Assembly: GCA_965202785.1 (NCBI GenBank)
Contig: OZ241855.1
Location: 1,440,001-1,504,000 of the forward strand
Length of the DNA: 64,000 nucleotides
Reading direction: 5' to 3'
Source of the DNA: Thermodesulfobacteriota bacterium
GTDB taxonomy: Bacteria > Desulfobacterota_D > UBA1144 > Nemesobacterales > Nemesobacteraceae
Below, one piece after another: positions 61,433-64,000 of the stretch; position 1 is the first letter of the stretch; the number at the start of each line of letters is the position of its first letter. The notes under the pieces were generated by a model. The model worked only from the letters and a program-made list of their open reading frames with translations. It did no database searches and was not told the origin of the DNA. Both the position numbers and the translations under genes were made by a program.

Positions 61433-63746
61433 AGGTCTTGTATTTTACTTGGCTGTCTTTCTTGTCATGGTTACGTTCTCAACCGCGGATTCCATGGCTC
61501 AGAACCCTCCTGCCGGAGAAGAACTTGAGAAGAATCAGTCCTTCAAGGGCACAGTCGCCGAAGTGGTAATTTCTGGCAACAGGAGAACCGAAACCTCCCT
61601 TATAGATCTCAATATAGAGACCAAGCAGGGCGATGAATATTCCCCGCAGACCGTAAAAGAGGATCTCAAAAGGATATACGAGCTTGATTTCTTCCAGCAG
61701 GTTCTTGTTGACGTTAAAACAATTGAAGGTGGTCTCAGCGTTGAATTTATCGTCGAAGAGAACCCGGTGCTCGCGGACCTTAAGCTTTCAGGAAACGACA
61801 AGCTGAAGGAAGATGACATAAAGGAAGCTCTGGCATTTAGAGAAGGACGCATCGTAAGCCTGAGGAAAATAACGGAAGGCAGGGAGATAATACTTGCCCT
61901 TGCTTCCGAGAAAGGCTTGGTTGGAACTGATGTCGAATATGAGATCGAGCCCAGGGGAGATGGAGTCGTTGATGTTGTTTACCGGATTGACGAGGGAGAA
62001 AGAAAGTACATAAAAGAAGTCGAGCTTATCGGAAACAGCAAGGTCGAGACGAAGAAAATCAGAAAAAACATGTATTCAAAGCCCAAATATCTTCTCTCTT
62101 TTATAACGAAGAGGGGGCTTTTCAAAATTGAAGAGATAGAGAGGGATTCCGACAGAATAAAAGCGGTTTACATCGACAATGGATACCTTGACATAAAGGT
62201 CTCTGAACCCGGAATTCGTTACAATGAAGAAAAAGACGGTTATGTGGTGAGTTTCTCAATAGAAGAGGGGCTTCAGTACAAGGTATCCAGGATAACTTTC
62301 TCCGGGGAGCTGGCCGGAGATCAGGATGAAATCCGCCCGAAACTCGAACTCTTGCCGGACTCTGTTTTCAGCAGTTTCGTTCTTCAGTCCGACATCGGGA
62401 AAGTAACCGATTTCTACGGGGACAAGGGATATGCTTTTGCTAACGTAACTCCTGATGTGCGGCTTGATAAGGCAAACAACCTTGTCAGCGTCGATTACTC
62501 GATTGAAAAAGGCAAGGAAGTATACATAAGAAACATAAATATTCTGGATAACACCAGGACTAGAGATCATGTCGTAAGAAGGGAACTTTCACTTCAAGAA
62601 CAAAGCCTGTACAGCGTTTCCAAGCTAAGGGCTGCCCGCTACGAGGCTGCTCGCCTCGGCTACTTTGAGGACAACGTCGAGGTGCTGACCCACAGGGTTG
62701 AGGGAACAGAGGATCTTCTGGACGTCGATGTAAAGGTCGAAGAACGTCCCACCGGATTTTTCAGCTTCGGCGGGGGAGTAAGTTCCGTTGAGAATTTCCT
62801 TTTCTCTGGCCAGATACAGGAATCCAATCTTTTCGGATACGGCAAAACCCTTTCTCTGGACGCCCAGATCGGAGGCGTAACCAAGGCATTGAGTCTTAAC
62901 TACCGGGATCCGTATTTCTTTGGTACCAACTGGCTCTTCGATGTCAGTCTGTATGCTCATGACAGGGATTACAGGGATTTTGAGAGATCAGCCCAAGGTA
63001 TTTCTCTGGGAGTGGGAAGAAGGATAAAGAGATATTTCCAGGTCCGGGTTTTCCAGGAATTCTCGAAACAGGACGTGCACAATGTCCGCGGAGACGCACA
63101 ATTAGTCCTGTCCGAAACGGAGAGAACTATAGTCTCGACCGGGTTAGGGCTGTCTTGGGATAAAAGGAACAATTATCTTGATCCCACAAAGGGTTTTCTT
63201 CTGAGTACGTCGGTTGAGTATGCCGGACTTTTTGCGGGCAACACCGATTTTATAAAGTACAACGCCACGGCCAAATCTTGGATTCCGTTCTGGAAAAGCA
63301 CATATTTCGCCGCAAGGGCAAATTATGGGCTCTTGCATCTTATAGATGCCGGCGATGATCTCGTCGTGGAGGAGAGGTTCTTTCTCGGCGGTCCGAACAC
63401 GCTGAGAGGCTTCCGTTACAGGAGGGTGGGTCCCAGAAGACCTACGGACACGGGGGGTTATGTAATAATTGGTGGCGTTCAGCAGATTCTGGCATCACTT
63501 GACTTTGTTGTTCCATTAAGCAAAACTGTCGGGCTTAAGGCCGTAGCTTTTTTTGATATAGGTAATGCTTTTGACCAAGATGAGTTCAGCCTTAATCCTT
63601 CGAATCTTAGAAAGGATGCCGGTTTCGGTATTAGGTGGATATCTCCTCTGGGACCAATGAAGCTTGATATCGGATTCCCGATAGGCGAAAGGCTTCGTGA
63701 TGAGGCAAAGTATGAAGTACAGTTTACTATTGGCAATTTGTTCTGA
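61422..63746 (+). CDS. bamA: Outer membrane protein assembly factor BamA
   Basis: Signal peptide, POTRA repeats, ERFFLGG..LRGF, SPLGP, terminal Phe; ATG at 61422. Confidence 0.96.
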   Translation: MQTKGLVFYLAVFLVMVTFSTADSMAQNPPAGEELEKNQSFKGTVAEVVISGNRRTETSLIDLNIETKQGDEYSPQTVKEDLKRIYELDFFQQVLVDVKTIEGGLSVEFIVEENPVLADLKLSGNDKLKEDDIKEALAFREGRIVSLRKITEGREIILALASEKGLVGTDVEYEIEPRGDGVVDVVYRIDEGERKYIKEVELIGNSKVETKKIRKNMYSKPKYLLSFITKRGLFKIEEIERDSDRIKAVYIDNGYLDIKVSEPGIRYNEEKDGYVVSFSIEEGLQYKVSRITFSGELAGDQDEIRPKLELLPDSVFSSFVLQSDIGKVTDFYGDKGYAFANVTPDVRLDKANNLVSVDYSIEKGKEVYIRNINILDNTRTRDHVVRRELSLQEQSLYSVSKLRAARYEAARLGYFEDNVEVLTHRVEGTEDLLDVDVKVEERPTGFFSFGGGVSSVENFLFSGQIQESNLFGYGKTLSLDAQIGGVTKALSLNYRDPYFFGTNWLFDVSLYAHDRDYRDFERSAQGISLGVGRRIKRYFQVRVFQEFSKQDVHNVRGDAQLVLSETERTIVSTGLGLSWDKRNNYLDPTKGFLLSTSVEYAGLFAGNTDFIKYNATAKSWIPFWKSTYFAARANYGLLHLIDAGDDLVVEERFFLGGPNTLRGFRYRRVGPRRPTDTGGYVIIGGVQQILASLDFVVPLSKTVGLKAVAFFDIGNAFDQDEFSLNPSNLRKDAGFGIRWISPLGPMKLDIGFPIGERLRDEAKYEVQFTIGNLF

Positions 63747-63781
63747 TCAGGCAATTTATTTTTAAGGAGGCATTGGGTTAA

Positions 63782-64000
63782 ATGAAAAGATGTTTGTTGC
63801 TTGCTACTGGATTTTTCATGTTATTCACGTTTTCTGCTTACGCTCAGCAGAAAATAGCCTACATAGATATTAAGCAGGTTATCAGGGATTCAAAGGCCGG
63901 AAAGGCCGCCAATGTTTCGTTCCAGAAGGAAGTTGAAGCCAAGAGGGCCGTAATAGAGCAGAAGAGAAAGGCTCTTGAGGACATGAGACAGGACGTCATA
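63782..64000 (+). CDS. skp: OmpH/Skp periplasmic chaperone (3' truncated by window edge)
   Basis: AAGGAGG RBS, signal peptide ending AYA, KIAYID..VI.DSKAGK; follows bamA. Confidence 0.88.
   Translation, partial: MKRCLLLATGFFMLFTFSAYAQQKIAYIDIKQVIRDSKAGKAANVSFQKEVEAKRAVIEQKRKALEDMRQDVI

Overview
Gene-dense, mostly core-genome bacterial window from a diderm organism (lolCDE, bamA, skp). Gene style (Delta-like ccm, cobA/hemD, ptsP, lepB) is compatible with a Desulfobacterota-related lineage such as Ca. Dadabacteria; this is an unverified impression. Housekeeping content: pyrG (3' part), RNase II-like, FprA-like reductase, ptsP, gltA, rarA, uvrB, the rimP-nusA-infB-DUF503-rbfA-DHH-truB-rpsO-pnp-miaA operon, katG, gmk-spoT-lepB, pyrR-pyrB-pyrC-lysS-lolC/E-lolD-bamA-skp. 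Less ordinary parts: (1) a solo, catalytically intact TnpB whose 3' end appears to supply the start codon of glyoxalase I and whose predicted guide would be gloA itself; (2) a variant cytochrome c maturation system (CxxxY CcmE, CcmC lacking its second His, an extra heme-c/beta-sandwich membrane protein, with ccmG/ccmH and ccdA located elsewhere in the window); (3) an arsenosugar-type radical SAM cluster with no adjacent arsM; (4) unlisted small ORFs, a structured gltA leader, a perfect 16-bp inverted repeat between divergent genes, and a recurring leaderless promoter layout. No rRNA, tRNA or CRISPR array was seen. All calls come from motif recognition by eye; no searches were run.
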